From contig NC_087443.1 in assembly GCF_036321535.1 (NCBI RefSeq), positions 15,562,001 through 15,626,000 of the forward strand: a stretch of 64,000 nt of DNA, written 5' to 3'. The notes under the pieces are model-generated. The model did no database searches. It was not told where the DNA came from and saw only the letters and a program-made list of their open reading frames with translations. The stretch is from Camelus dromedarius. Taxonomy: Eukaryota. Position numbers and translations under genes: made by a program. Each line of letters starts with the position of its first letter. Position 1 is the stretch's first letter. Shown here piece after piece: positions 35,966 through 48,127 of this stretch.

Positions 35966-36293
35966 GCTAGTCTTCACCTGCGATGTCTGTGGGACTGGGT
36001 ACTCCAAGCATATCTCCAAGCTTGCCTATCACCAGGGTGTGGTCATTGTGACCTGTCCTGGCTGCCAGACCCACCACACCACCCCGGACAACCTGGGTTG
36101 GTTCTCGGACCTGGATGGGAAGAGGAATATTGAAGAAATCCTGGCAGTCAGAAGGGAGAAGGTATGCCAAGTGGCTGGCAAGGGGGTCCAGGAGCTTGTT
36201 TTAGAGGCTGCGGGGTCCCCCAAATCCACCAGTGCTGTGGCAGGGGCTGAGGACCAGGATCCCACCCACCCTGGCAAGAAGGAGACCAGCTGA
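35782..36293 (+). pseudogene. DNLZ: DNLZ processed retrocopy, copy 4
   Basis: Same translation and lesions as copy 1. Confidence 0.93.
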
Positions 36294-39200
36294 CTCACCT
36301 TCTGCCTTCAAGAACTATACTCTGGCCCTGGGCTGCTCTGGACGTGCCAATTTTTTTTTTTTTTTTTTTTTTTTTATCAGTAGCTATCGTTTGCAGATGT
36401 GGGGCCTGGGGGTCTCCTGCTCTCCCTGGTTCTGGAGTCAGAAGGACTCCCGAGAACCCTCTGTGGGCTGCAGCTGGGGCCTTCTGCAGCTACAGGCCAT
36501 GTCCCAGTGGGAAGGGGCTGGACTTGGAGTCTGCGCCCCTCCTGGCTGTGGCTGTGTGGCCTTGGGCAGGTCACTTTGCCCCTGTGGGCCTCTGTCTTCC
36601 TGTCTCCAGATGAAAATGCTCAGAGCGCCACCTTGTCAGGAGGACAGGCAGAAAGACAAGACTCAGAACAGACATGGGGTGGCTCAGTCCTGCCCCAAAT
36701 GTCAAGGTCCCCGTCTTGCTGGTTCTCAGGGATTCCAGGAAAGGATGGCCAGTTAGCCAGTGTACTTCCCGGGTGCAGGATCAGCACCCCCACACCCATC
36801 TGCAGATCTTGTCCCTCTGGCCAGACGCAAGGAGGCCCCACAGATCCTTCTGTGGCACCTGCTGTCCCCTGGACAGCACTGGTGAACAAGTGCCAACTTC
36901 AGCCCTGACTTTTGGCCACTGGCCAAGCGGTCAGGAAAGCAGGCCACTCGCTGTCACCACTGACAGGCCAGGCAGCCGTGGTGACAAGGGGCGTGTGTGC
37001 GAGGGGTGCTTTCTGATGGGCGGTGGGCCGCGTGCCCCGCATTTGTCTCCCAGCCTTGTCTGACTGTCTTCTCAGGATGTTCCTGTGTTTATGAGAGCGT
37101 GTTTATTTCCAGAAGCCTTCTGGGCAGTGTGAGCTTCAGCATTAATCACCCAGCCACCATCTCACAGGATCCCAGCAGGATGCGCGCTCCCAGTTGCCGA
37201 CCCCCTCGCCCCCGGTCCTCAGCATGGTTCTCGAGGCACTGGCAGTCTGTGCTCTGACTCGGTTACCCCCGTCCTTCCCCTTGGCGAACAAGCCTGGATT
37301 ATTCCAGCCCAGAGCCCCCTGTTCCATTTGTGAAGTCCAACCTGGAGGCTGAGCCAGCAGCCCCACCACTGCCTGTTCTCCTGTGCCACAGAAGCCCCAG
37401 GTGACCCACTGGCCTTGAAATGCCTGATCTGCAGGGCTGGGTAGAGGCATGGCTGCTTTGCTGACCCCAGACAGTTAGGACCTGAATTCGGGGAGGTCCT
37501 GGGGGCTGGCTGGACTCTGAGAGTGCAGGGCTGGACCTTGGAGGGCCACTGGGACCAATCCCGCCCTCCACGGATGCGGAAACAGAGGCCTGTGGTTTGG
37601 ACATGTATGCCAGCCGTTTTTTATTGTCTGTTTTCTGACACTTTGACATCTGGGTCCCACTGACCCTGGAGGGGCTGCCCGTCCCAGGGCTAGTCAGTTC
37701 CTAGAGACAGTAGAAGATGCCAGTGAGCACACCCAGGGCGGGGACAGACAAGTAGGGGCAGCCCCTCCACCCAGAGATGCTGATTCCTCCCACCTGCTAG
37801 TCCTGCCTCTCTGTTGCTCGCCATGGAAACCACAAGAGAGGCTCTTGCCCACTTTTTCCCCTCCCCTGCCTCCTGACCCGCGAGGGCCCTGCTGATGCTC
37901 CTCCAAGGGCAGTGCCCCATCTGCACGGATGCTTCTCAGCCCAGCCAGGGCCCAGTGGTCCAAGTGAGCCCACTTTGTGCGAGGCCAGGCTGCCACTGAC
38001 TTCAAGACTTCAGAAAGACATCTCAGATGCGAAGGGACCCATCACAGGAATGTCCATATGTTTTTCCTTCTAAGCCATGACTCAGGAGTAAAAGCAAAAT
38101 AACATTGTGTTCAGATCCAAGAGACTCAGAGAGTTTGCCGCTGTCAGGCTGTCACTGAGAGTGAGGACGGTTGGATTGAAGGAAGAAATGAACGAATCCC
38201 AGAAGGAACGAGTGGAGCGTGAGACACGAGGTGGGGAAATGGGTGAGGGCAGGTCTGTCTGACAGTCATGACTGTGTAAATCAAGCATCGGGGGTTAGTA
38301 AGAACGATTATCATGAGTAATGAGAAGGCAAAAACCTCTGTGGTTCGGTGTTGTGTCCTGGCCATCACCGGCCACCCTACCAGGGCTCAGGAAGCCTGAG
38401 CTGAGGTAGAAAGGGCAGAAAAATACCTATATACTAGTCACTCACATCCATCTGTGTAAGAAGAATTGTGCACCATGAACAAGTGGGAAAGATTCCTGGA
38501 ATGCAGGGTGGCTTCACCCTAGAAAAATGCATGAGTATATACTCCATTCCATTAACAGTGTGAGGAGAAAAAACAGGATCATCCCAATGAATGCCGAGAA
38601 GGAAATGGATGAATTCACCACCATCTTCTGAATTTCATGGAAACATGAGAAATTTAAAGGGTCATATACACACAATGTTTTTTTCTTCAATAACTCTAGC
38701 CCAACTGGATAATAACAATTTTTAGAAGTATCACAGCATTATATACTGCGTTATAGCACAATATCACTTCAAACTGTTCCTCATGCTGTGCGTCAGGTCT
38801 TTTAGAGCCTCATCAGAGAAATGGCTCCATTTAGTAGGGATGCTCATTGCAAGAAAAACATGCTTCCTTTATGCCATCGAATTTAACATAGATTGTTCAG
38901 GAGAAACCCCCCCATTATGACAGTCATGCAGAGCGGTATTTCTCCATGTGGTGACTGATTCCTAAATTCAGTCCCATAGTGGAACTACAGGTCTGTAGGA
39001 TCTAATATTCTGACTTTGGATCCCTGAGGGAGTCAGAGGTGTCCCCTGAGTCCTACAGTGGAGAGCCACACAGCAGGAGAGTCAAGGGGGCCAAAATGAG
39101 AACGGAAGTGAGAGCAGATGGTGAGGTGTGATGTGGGAGAGCCCTGGGATCATGTGGGTCCTGGCTGAGGGGCTCTGTGGGAAGGTCTTCAGGAGTAAAC

Positions 39201-39989
39201 GGCCTGGCAGGTGTGGCAGGTGAGGAAGGTGCCTATGTATGATCACCTCCTGTCAGGAAAGCTCCAGGAGTGGCCCCATTTCAAATATATTCCCGAACCT
39301 GTCCTATCTTCCCTCCCAACTGTATTCACTCAGCAATACGTGTACATCTTCTTGGCCAAGTGCTGGGCTGGAGATCTGTAATATGCTCAAAACCAGGCAT
39401 AGACTCTGCTCCCAGGTGGCTGAGCGTTCGTTATACTACAATCCAGGGAAAGCCGTTGTAGGTAGAGGAGCAGGTAATTGAAATCAAAACCTGTCCCTCT
39501 CCCGCAGTTCTTATCATCACTGTTCTTTCTTCTGACACTTTAGGATACACAGGATTGTAGCAAAGCCCCCCAGGCGAAAGCAGACTCAGTGCTCTGGGGA
39601 TAGAAGTCGATGCGGACCCACCTTGGCTGTGCTGAGCAGGAGAAATTCCCCGGTGAGTGACTCTCACTGAGACCTACTGCCCTGCTTCAATTGTCTCCTA
39701 GGGATTCAGGGACAACCCCACTGTCCTGTGAGCAGACCTCTTTCTACCCAAATCTACATCACGCACACACAAGGCAACATGAATTAAAATATCTCTACTA
39801 CATTGCACTGATTGTCAAAGTCTTTTATTTAAATAGATATTTACAAACGCAGACGGTTGGAGGGAGAGAGGAAGGGACAGAGGTGGACACAGATGGGTGC
39901 TGGACACAGACTAACACATGTCTGTGTATCCCAAGGGACAACTTCCACTCAGTGGCCAACTTCTTTTTGTGAATTACAGTGTATTGAGA

Positions 39990-42900
39990 TTAGACCTGAA
40001 ATGAGATTGAAGGAAAAAACCAAAGCTCTATAGCTTAAAGAAATCCTCACTTTCTAAAACATGTTCTGAGGGGGGCTAAATTGGGAAGGACCACGTTGGA
40101 ATGGAACAGTGTTTCTCAGAAGCAGTGACACCCCTCCCTCTGGTGGCCATATGGGAATGGCAAGTGAGCTGCTGGCTCCATGGATGTCGGACAAACAGGC
40201 AACATTCACACAAACACAACATCAGTCTCACTGCTGGAAAAAAACAAACCCTCTAAGATCAAAATTCGGGGTTGCCTTCTATGTCCTTGTCTTGATCATG
40301 ACATGACCGGCCACTTACCAAGGGCGGGGTCTCAGGGAGTGTTGATGGAGGCCCTGAGCTGGGCCCTGGGTCCACAGCAGACAAGGGAGAGGAGGCCGCT
40401 GCCTCACAGGACCTGCAGGGAGAGATTGGGAACATGCTGGGTTCACTTGTCCACATCCCCGCCCGGTGTGCCTGGTGCAGAGAAGTGAGTGTATCCAAAC
40501 AAAGACATGTAGGGCACTTTGATGTTTCTATTAACAATAAAACACAAACACAACAGGCCGCAAGGAATATGTTATCACCTCTAAGAGTAATCCGGAATTG
40601 TAAATCACAGACACCTCAAGAACAGTGGGCGTCCCGGGCCTGAAGGCGACGGGAGGCAGCAGAGCCTGACTGATACTTACAGCGCGTCCCTCTGCTCTGG
40701 CTCTGGTGCTGTTGCAGGCAGGAGAGCTGGAGCTGGCTCTCCATCCAGAGGGGCTTCCCCAGCGGGTTCTGGAGCTGGTGCTGTAGCTCCAAGAAGGGAA
40801 ACTCTCATCAATAGGACTGCTTTCCCACGTGTCTCCCAAAGCCAGGGGAGCCCTCACTGCTACTCAATCAACTCTCACTCCCTGACTCCACCCCCAGGGA
40901 GTCTTCCCAGACTCTGCTCTGTGGGGTCCAGTGCCTTCCCCTCCCCACCCACCAGATCCCCCACCCTGCATCCTGCTCACCATCACTGTCTGCCTCTGGG
41001 AGCTCCAGTTGCTCCAGCTGTGCCAGGAGGAGGTGGGCCTGCTGCTCCAGGTCGGAGCCAGGCATGCTGAGCTCTACGTAAGCGACAATGGTCTTAAGGC
41101 ATGGGAATTCTGGAGGCTGGTGGAAATCGTCTGGGTACTGGAACAGCCAGGTGCCCAGGATGGAGGACATGGCCCTGGGGGTAGTCAGGGGGACACCAGG
41201 GTCAGAGGCTTGGCCTTTCCTACCATGCTGGGCTCCCAGGGTAGCCCTGCGGGGACCTGGGCCTTTTTGCCTTTGGCTCCTGCCCATCCAGAGGCCGGCT
41301 CTGCTCCATGTCCCATCTCAGCTGGCAGTGTGGGCAGAGGCGGGCTTGGACACAGAGGAGGGGTTGCTACCAGCCTTCTGAAGGGACAGCCCTGGCTCAG
41401 TGGTGTGACCACCTGTCCACCACTTCAGGGACACCTGTCACACTGCTATGTCCCTCTCCCTGCCCCTCCCCACTGGATGGCACATCTGTGAGGACAGGCA
41501 GGCTGTGCGTTCTGGGCACTGCCCTCTAAGGGACACGGGAGCTGCTCTATCAGTGCCTGAGCCAGGAGGGAACAGACAGGCTGTGTCGGCCATCCAGGCT
41601 GCCCACGGGCCTCCTAACTCCACAGACTTTAGCTCCTGCACCTGCTGGCTGCAGAATCCTCCAGGGACCCTGCCTGGGTCTCCTTCTGCCCCTGCCACTC
41701 AGCATCATCAGGATGGGCTCAGCTGTCCCCTGAGGCTCACTGGGTCCCCTGAGCACCAGCTGAGTCCCCACCATTGAGGCTCCACTAGATGGTGGGCAGG
41801 ATGCTCTCCACCCCTTGCGTTCTGTGTCTCCCATAGGGCGTGTGGGCAGGGATGGGATGTGTAGGGGATGGTTGTGGGTTTTCTTCAGGGTTGACTCTGT
41901 CTTCTGACCTCCCAGCTGCCCCTCACAGCACCACAGTCCCATCCACAGCTCTCTGGGTCTCGTCTCCTCTTTGCCAGGGGAAGCCCTAGGACTTTTGCTC
42001 TCAAACCAGACTCACTGGATATGTGGGATCCTGGATTCTGCCCACCTTGGACCAACCAGAGAGCCCAGAGCTTCACACACTATTTGGGGAAGGAGTCCTT
42101 CACGCTTCAATCCAAAAGACTCACTGTTTCAGCTGGTGCAGGGGTCCCCCGTCCTCTTCCATAACAGGGAGGATGCATCCGTATCTAGAGGAGAGCAGGA
42201 AGGCGTCACATGGACTGTCCCGAGCACACTAGCTGGATGTGCTGTCTAGTGTGACAGTGTGACACCCCAGAGAATGGAAGCCCTGGAGGGCAGGGCTGAT
42301 GTCTGCTCGATGCATTAAATGATGGTTGTTCCTAGAAAAGCCCCTCACCCTGGGGGCCCTTCCTATACATTGGAGGAATGAGTGAGTGAGCCCACCCGGC
42401 CCCACAGCGCACATCTGAGTGGGCCTGGGACCCCACTTGTCCCTCCCAGGGATCCCTGCTCTCACTCTCCCAGGACAGGGACAGCTAATGGCGTCACAGA
42501 TCCCCTTTGAAATGGGAAAACAGTTCCACCCAAGGCCAAAGTCCCAGTGACACAGGAGGCAGACGCTAGCTCTTGGGCAGGAGGACAATGACAAATTCGC
42601 ACAACCACAGCCCCGCCAGCTGCTCTTGCCCTGAGCCAGGTCCCCAGAGAGCACCTTCCGTGAAGGTCTCCCTCTGATCCTACCCTCCTAGGGCCTGATC
42701 CTCTCTTGACCCCAGGGTGCAGGGGGGAAACTGAGGCTTAGGGAGGTAGAGGAACAATGCCTCATGGCACTGCTGGTAGGTGGCCAGGTCCCCAATGTCC
42801 CATGAAGACAGAGTGCTCACCTCCGGAACAGATGGTCCAGCACCTGCTGGGCGGTGGCAAAAGTTCGATAATTGCCCAGAAATGTGTTCACATAGGAGGG

Positions 42901-44297
42901 GTGGCCGCCCAGGACGGCAGGCACCAGCTTTGCCACCAGCTTCTCCAGCCTGTGTCGCTGGAGGCTCCAAGCCCTGTAGGCCTCATCCCTGCTCCCTGAT
43001 GGTCCAGCTCCACCCTGGGGTGGAAAGAGGAGAGATGTGAATCAGAGGCAGCACCGGGGACCCCCAGGCACTTGGGGCTGGAGATTAGACCGAATCCTCA
43101 AGCCTCAAGCTCTTGTGACTGAGGTGGAAGAGGGGAGCCCTGAGCAGATCCAAGGTTCTCGGCATCACCAGTACGAGGGGCGAAGGGCGATGATGAAATG
43201 CATCAGTGCCTCAGATCCCTGTGTCAGCACCGCAGTGCCGGCCCCTCCCTGCATGCACCACTTCATCCCCGTGACTGCGGTCACACATCCCATTCTAGGG
43301 ATGAGAACACAGCGGCTGAGCCTGGGGTGGGTGGGCTCAGGATATTCAGTTTAATGTGGACACGTGGGGATGTAGAAGAAACAGGACAACGTGTAGAAAA
43401 ATGCAGAAACACCCTTGACTGTACATATACTGAAGTTCTGTCCAAGTCTCTTTCTCAGATTTGGACTCATATGTGGGCACTGACTTTGCGTCTGGCTAAG
43501 GCAGGGCCTGGGATGTGACGGCAGATGGGGGAGACGGGGCATCAGATCCCTTTGCCAGCAGCTCTCTTAAGAGGCAGCCCAGGGGAGAAGCGGGGCAGCA
43601 GTGGGGCCCGGGGCTTCCTGGGTGTGGATTCTCCTCGCTCACACTCACACTGAGCGCGTCCTTGGCTCTGCTGCTGTCGTGGGGCACCTGCGCCTCCTGC
43701 AGGGAGGTGGCACGGGGTTCTCCATGGACCAGTTCCTGTCCCGTCCCTTGTGTTGAGTCCTGTAAATACAGTGCCCAGAGGCCAGGCAGCAGCCTCAGAA
43801 CCCTGTCTGGTTGTCCGACCCATAAGCAATCTCCAGTCCTGACACACATCCACCACTGTCTGCACAGACCTCCTTCAGGGGCAGAAAAGCTGACAAAGTG
43901 GGAGCCTTGTATTCCCATTGACACAGAGAAGATGCCCCTCAGGGGTCCTCTTTCCCCCTTATCAGCCCTGTCCTTGGGTGCGGCCATGACAGGACCACCA
44001 GGTTACCAAGTGTTCAACAAGCCATTCCTGCCCAGAGGGGACACCTCCTCTCAAGTCCCCCTTCAGCGACATGGAGATGAGGGAAAGCGGGCCTGCCCAG
44101 GGAGGGCCCCCAATGGAGGCCGGTCCCACACTGGCCTTCTCCAGGCCACCCTGCGTTACCTTAGGTGACCTGCGCAAAATAGGCCACAGGCGTCTGGGTG
44201 GAGGGTTCCACAGACGCCTACAGCCACCGAAGAACCTCGCAGTCCAGGGTTTCCTGGCGGAGAAGCCCCGGGAGACCGGGAAACAAGAGGAGAATAT
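39990..44297 (-). pseudogene. RALGDS-like: RalGDS-like REM-only gene, copy 4, start codon lost (ATG->ATA); join(44160-44297, 43649-43759, 42821-43014, 42125-42184, 40981-41174, 40681-40780, 40319-40412, 39990-39995)
   Basis: The plus strand reads gagaatatcc at 44290-44299, where the other copies read gagaacatcc. The rest of the frame and the splice sites are intact. Confidence 0.7.
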
Positions 44298-44900
44298 CCT
44301 GTGTCTTCAACTGTCTCCAGCCAAGTGCGCTGGCTCTGGAGCCGTCACTAGAATGTGGGTGCCTGGTAACCAGGTTCCATTTCGGTTGGGGTCTGTGAAG
44401 GATGTGATGTCACTTCCTGGGGTCCACTTCCTGGAAGCCCCTCCTCAGACAACACCTCCACACACTGCCCTCAGGGCTGCTTGCCTGCTCACGCCCTTCT
44501 CCACGTGAACCCGCATCTTGCACAGTTATAGCAGCCCCGCCGTCTCTAGAGCTGCCGGGGAGGGTCTGCATGCAGCTTTGAGGAGACGCCCTGGCTTCCA
44601 GACTCCACCCCTCATACTTACCTGTTCTCCATCCTGGGGAAGTCCTGGTGTGTGTCCAGGCCCGTGTGTCTCCCCAGCTGCACAGTGGGAATGATTCTAG
44701 CAAGTACTTCCAGGGACGTCCTGAGGTGCAAGTGGAATAAGGCCTAAAAAATTGGAGAGTGATGTCACCTGGAGGTGTTGCCTGCGACCCAAGTTATCTT
44801 CCTCTGACTTCCTCCTCCATGGCTGTTCCTCTTAGGATGTGACGCGATAATTCTTATTCAATGTCATTGTACACGGGTGTCTATGTGTGTGTCTTTGTTG

Positions 44901-44941
<41 letters not shown>

Positions 44942-47028
44942 TGTGCCTAAACCAGTGCTCACACTCTGTGTCGCCAGTAGGAAACTGTCCCCACACAGGA
45001 GAAATGGGCAAGAGCATCCTGAGGTCTGAGGGTTTCAGTTCTCTAAAGCAAATGGAATGAGAAATTCTGAGGCCCTTGCTGGAAGTTTAGAGCTCGTGAG
45101 TCAAGGCCATGCAGGTAGCAGGGCTGGAACTGGGATTATAGACAGCCTGTGTCCACTGTGCACACTCAGTAGCACAGTCCTGGGAGCAGGAAAACTATCC
45201 ACTTCTCTGATTACACAGTCTGGCACGCTGAACTTCTCCAGCTGGATATGCAGAGACCCAGGGACAGATGGGCAGATGGAGGCTGACATCACTAGAGTGA
45301 CGTGACCATCTCGTTGGCTGCTTCCTTGCCTTCATGGAGCTTCCGTCCACGTAGGAGGAAGGCCAGCGGGTAAACTGAATGACAAGGAAGGATGTAATCA
45401 GGAAGTAATAACTGCTCTGATGGAATACACTGGGGACGTGAGAGAGAGCAAGGCCACGGGCAGCATGGCACGGAGCAAATGACAGTAGGGACCTCATGAC
45501 CTGGGGGCCCGAGATCCTCAACTCGGCATCAGAGATAGCAAGGTGAGGCCGAGAGAGGGTGCCCACCCACAGGGAGCTGGCCTCTACCTCTAGCTCCGTG
45601 TGGCGCTCTGGCCTAGCTGCTTACCATGGTCACTGCCTCCTGTTCGTGGGCACAGATGCGGCTGGACTCCATTTCCCGGCCTCCCTGGCAGTCGGGCGCG
45701 CTCAGCTGTTGAGGTCTAACGGTGGCATGTGAACTTCAGCACAGCCCATAAAGATCTCCCACACGTTCCCCTTCACGTCCTCCTTCACGTCCTTGAGACC
45801 TGAGAAGCCATATGTCGAAGATGATCGATTCAGCGGATAAAAAGAACCTGGATCCCCGAACTCTGGCTAGGAGAAGAGCTACCCACCAAGGAAGATAAAC
45901 CCATCTTGGACGTTACGCAAGGGAAGAAAAGCCCGGGATTGTATTAAGCCACTGAGATATTGGGGGTTACACGTTCAGGCAGCTCACACGCCACTGAATC
46001 GCTGAAGCCACTGTGTCATTGCCACGGCTGCTCATTTGGCCCTTTCTCAGCCTTATCGTATTACCACTTACCTTTTTCCTTTCAGGTCACTTTTCCTTCC
46101 TATAGGTCCCACTCCCTCAACTGGGATGGCAACAGGGCAGTCAGAGGTTTGCCCTTGTAAGGTGAGTGCTTTCTCTGTTCTCTGCTCCTTAAAGCGGATT
46201 CTGCCTTCACTGCTGTAGCATGTCAATGGATGCTCTTAGGGCCCTTGAAGCCATTTGTACTTTTAGGTGGAGGAATGCTTATTGCTCTGTCTTTCAGTTT
46301 GCTTAGACGACATGCTTTCTACACTACCACGAATACGGTCCTTATCTCAGTCCTTCCCCAAATTGTGATCATGTCTGAACTAGCGGGGCCCGGGTGAGTA
46401 TGACAGAACTGCTCATACGCTGCTGTAGCTGCTCATTTCCATGTCCGACTGTACGCTTTTTCAGGACAGGGAGTATTTCCTGGGCACCAGGCACAGTATC
46501 AGGCACATAGGAGGCGTTCAACGAATGCTCGCTGAAGGAACGAATAGGGTCACTCCACGTCGTCAAACACACCAGGATGCTATGGAAATAACCCGAAGCT
46601 TTTTCTCCCCCCTGCACTTTTTGGTATTTTATTTAAAAAGGTTGATTTATATAGACAGGTATTTGGGCAATTAATGAATCTTTCTTTATAATTTTGTCAA
46701 TTTCCCATGTAGAGCACAATTTTTCAGGGATACATGAACATACCCATATTCATTGGAACAATGTCTTTGGCTGTGAGCTACCACAAGATCCTGTATGTAT
46801 TTCCCTGTGCTATACAGTATAATCTTGTTCATCTATTCTGCATCTGCCTGTCAGTGTGTGCACATTTCGAACTCCCGGTCTGTCCCGTCCCACGCCCCTC
46901 CCGCTTGGCAACCACAAGTTTGTTTTCTATTTGTATGAGTCTGTTTCTGTTTTGTATTTATGTTCTTTTCTGTTCCTTTTTTTCCCTTCAAAATCATCTT
47001 TAAAGCAACAGCCTAGGGAAGCCTGCTT

Positions 47029-47799
47029 CCAAGATGTCGAAGGCGTGGCCCGGGCTTCCCGCACAGAGCTTGGGGCAGGGGGCAGGGGCGGTATGGGCTG
47101 TGCGGGGAGGGCCAGAACAGGAGGGGAGAAATCTGCGGAGCAGGGGCAGGGGAAGGGCTGGGCCAGGAGCGGAGAGCCCGGTTGGGGCGGTCTCGGCTGT
47201 GCGGGGTGAGCTGGGGCGGGGGGCGGCGTCTGCTGCGCGGGGAGAGCCTGGGCAGTGGGCAGCCTCAGCCGGGCGGGGAGATCTGGGGCGGGGAGGACCG
47301 AGGCGGGGAGAGCCTGGGCGGGGGTCGTTCTCGGCCTCGCCGGAAAGCCGGGGCTTGTGGGGCGGGGCGATCTCGGCTGTGGCGAGACAGCCTGGGAGGG
47401 GGGCGCCCTTGGCCGCTCGGGGAGATCTGGTGCGGGGGTCGTTCTCGGCCGCGCCGGGAAAGCCGGGGCATGGGGCGGGGGGCGATCTCGGCTGTGGCTG
47501 GACAGTCTGGTCCGGAGGCGGCCTCTGCCGTGCGGGAGAGCCGTGGCGCGGGGAGAGCCGGGGCGGGGTTCGGTCTCCGCTGCGCAGATCGTGGCGGCTG
47601 GGGCCTGCGGGCGGGCTGCTGTGGACAGCGCTGAGCCGCCTGCCGAGACTGTTGAGAGGCGCGCGACTCCCGGAGGCTTGGCCTGAGGTGGCTGCTGGGG
47701 GCTCGGTGCCTGCCTGGAGGCCGCAGGGAGAAGGCGGGCCTGGGGCTGGGGCTGGCGGCCCTCCAGCTCCGACAAGGGACCTGTGCCCGCGCACTACCA
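47029..47799. promoter_or_regulatory. CpG island / G-rich minisatellite, copy 5
   Basis: As copy 2. Confidence 0.85.
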
Positions 47800-48127
47800 G
47801 CTAGTCTTCACCTGCGATGTCTGTGGGACTGGGTACTCCAAGCATATCTCCAAGCTTGCCTATCACCAGGGTGTGGTCATTGTGACCTGTCCTGGCTGCC
47901 AGACCCACCACACCACCCCGGACAACCTGGGTTGGTTCTCGGACCTGGATGGGAAGAGGAATATTGAAGAAATCCTGGCAGTCAGAAGGGAGAAGGTATG
48001 CCAAGTGGCTGGCAAGGGGGTCCAGGAGCTTGTTTTAGAGGCTGCGGGGTCCCCCAAATCCACCAGTGCTGTGGCAGGGGCTGAGGACCAGGATCCCACC
48101 CACCCTGGCAAGAAGGAGACCAGCTGA
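47616..48127 (+). pseudogene. DNLZ: DNLZ processed retrocopy, copy 5
   Basis: Same translation and lesions as copy 1. Confidence 0.93.
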
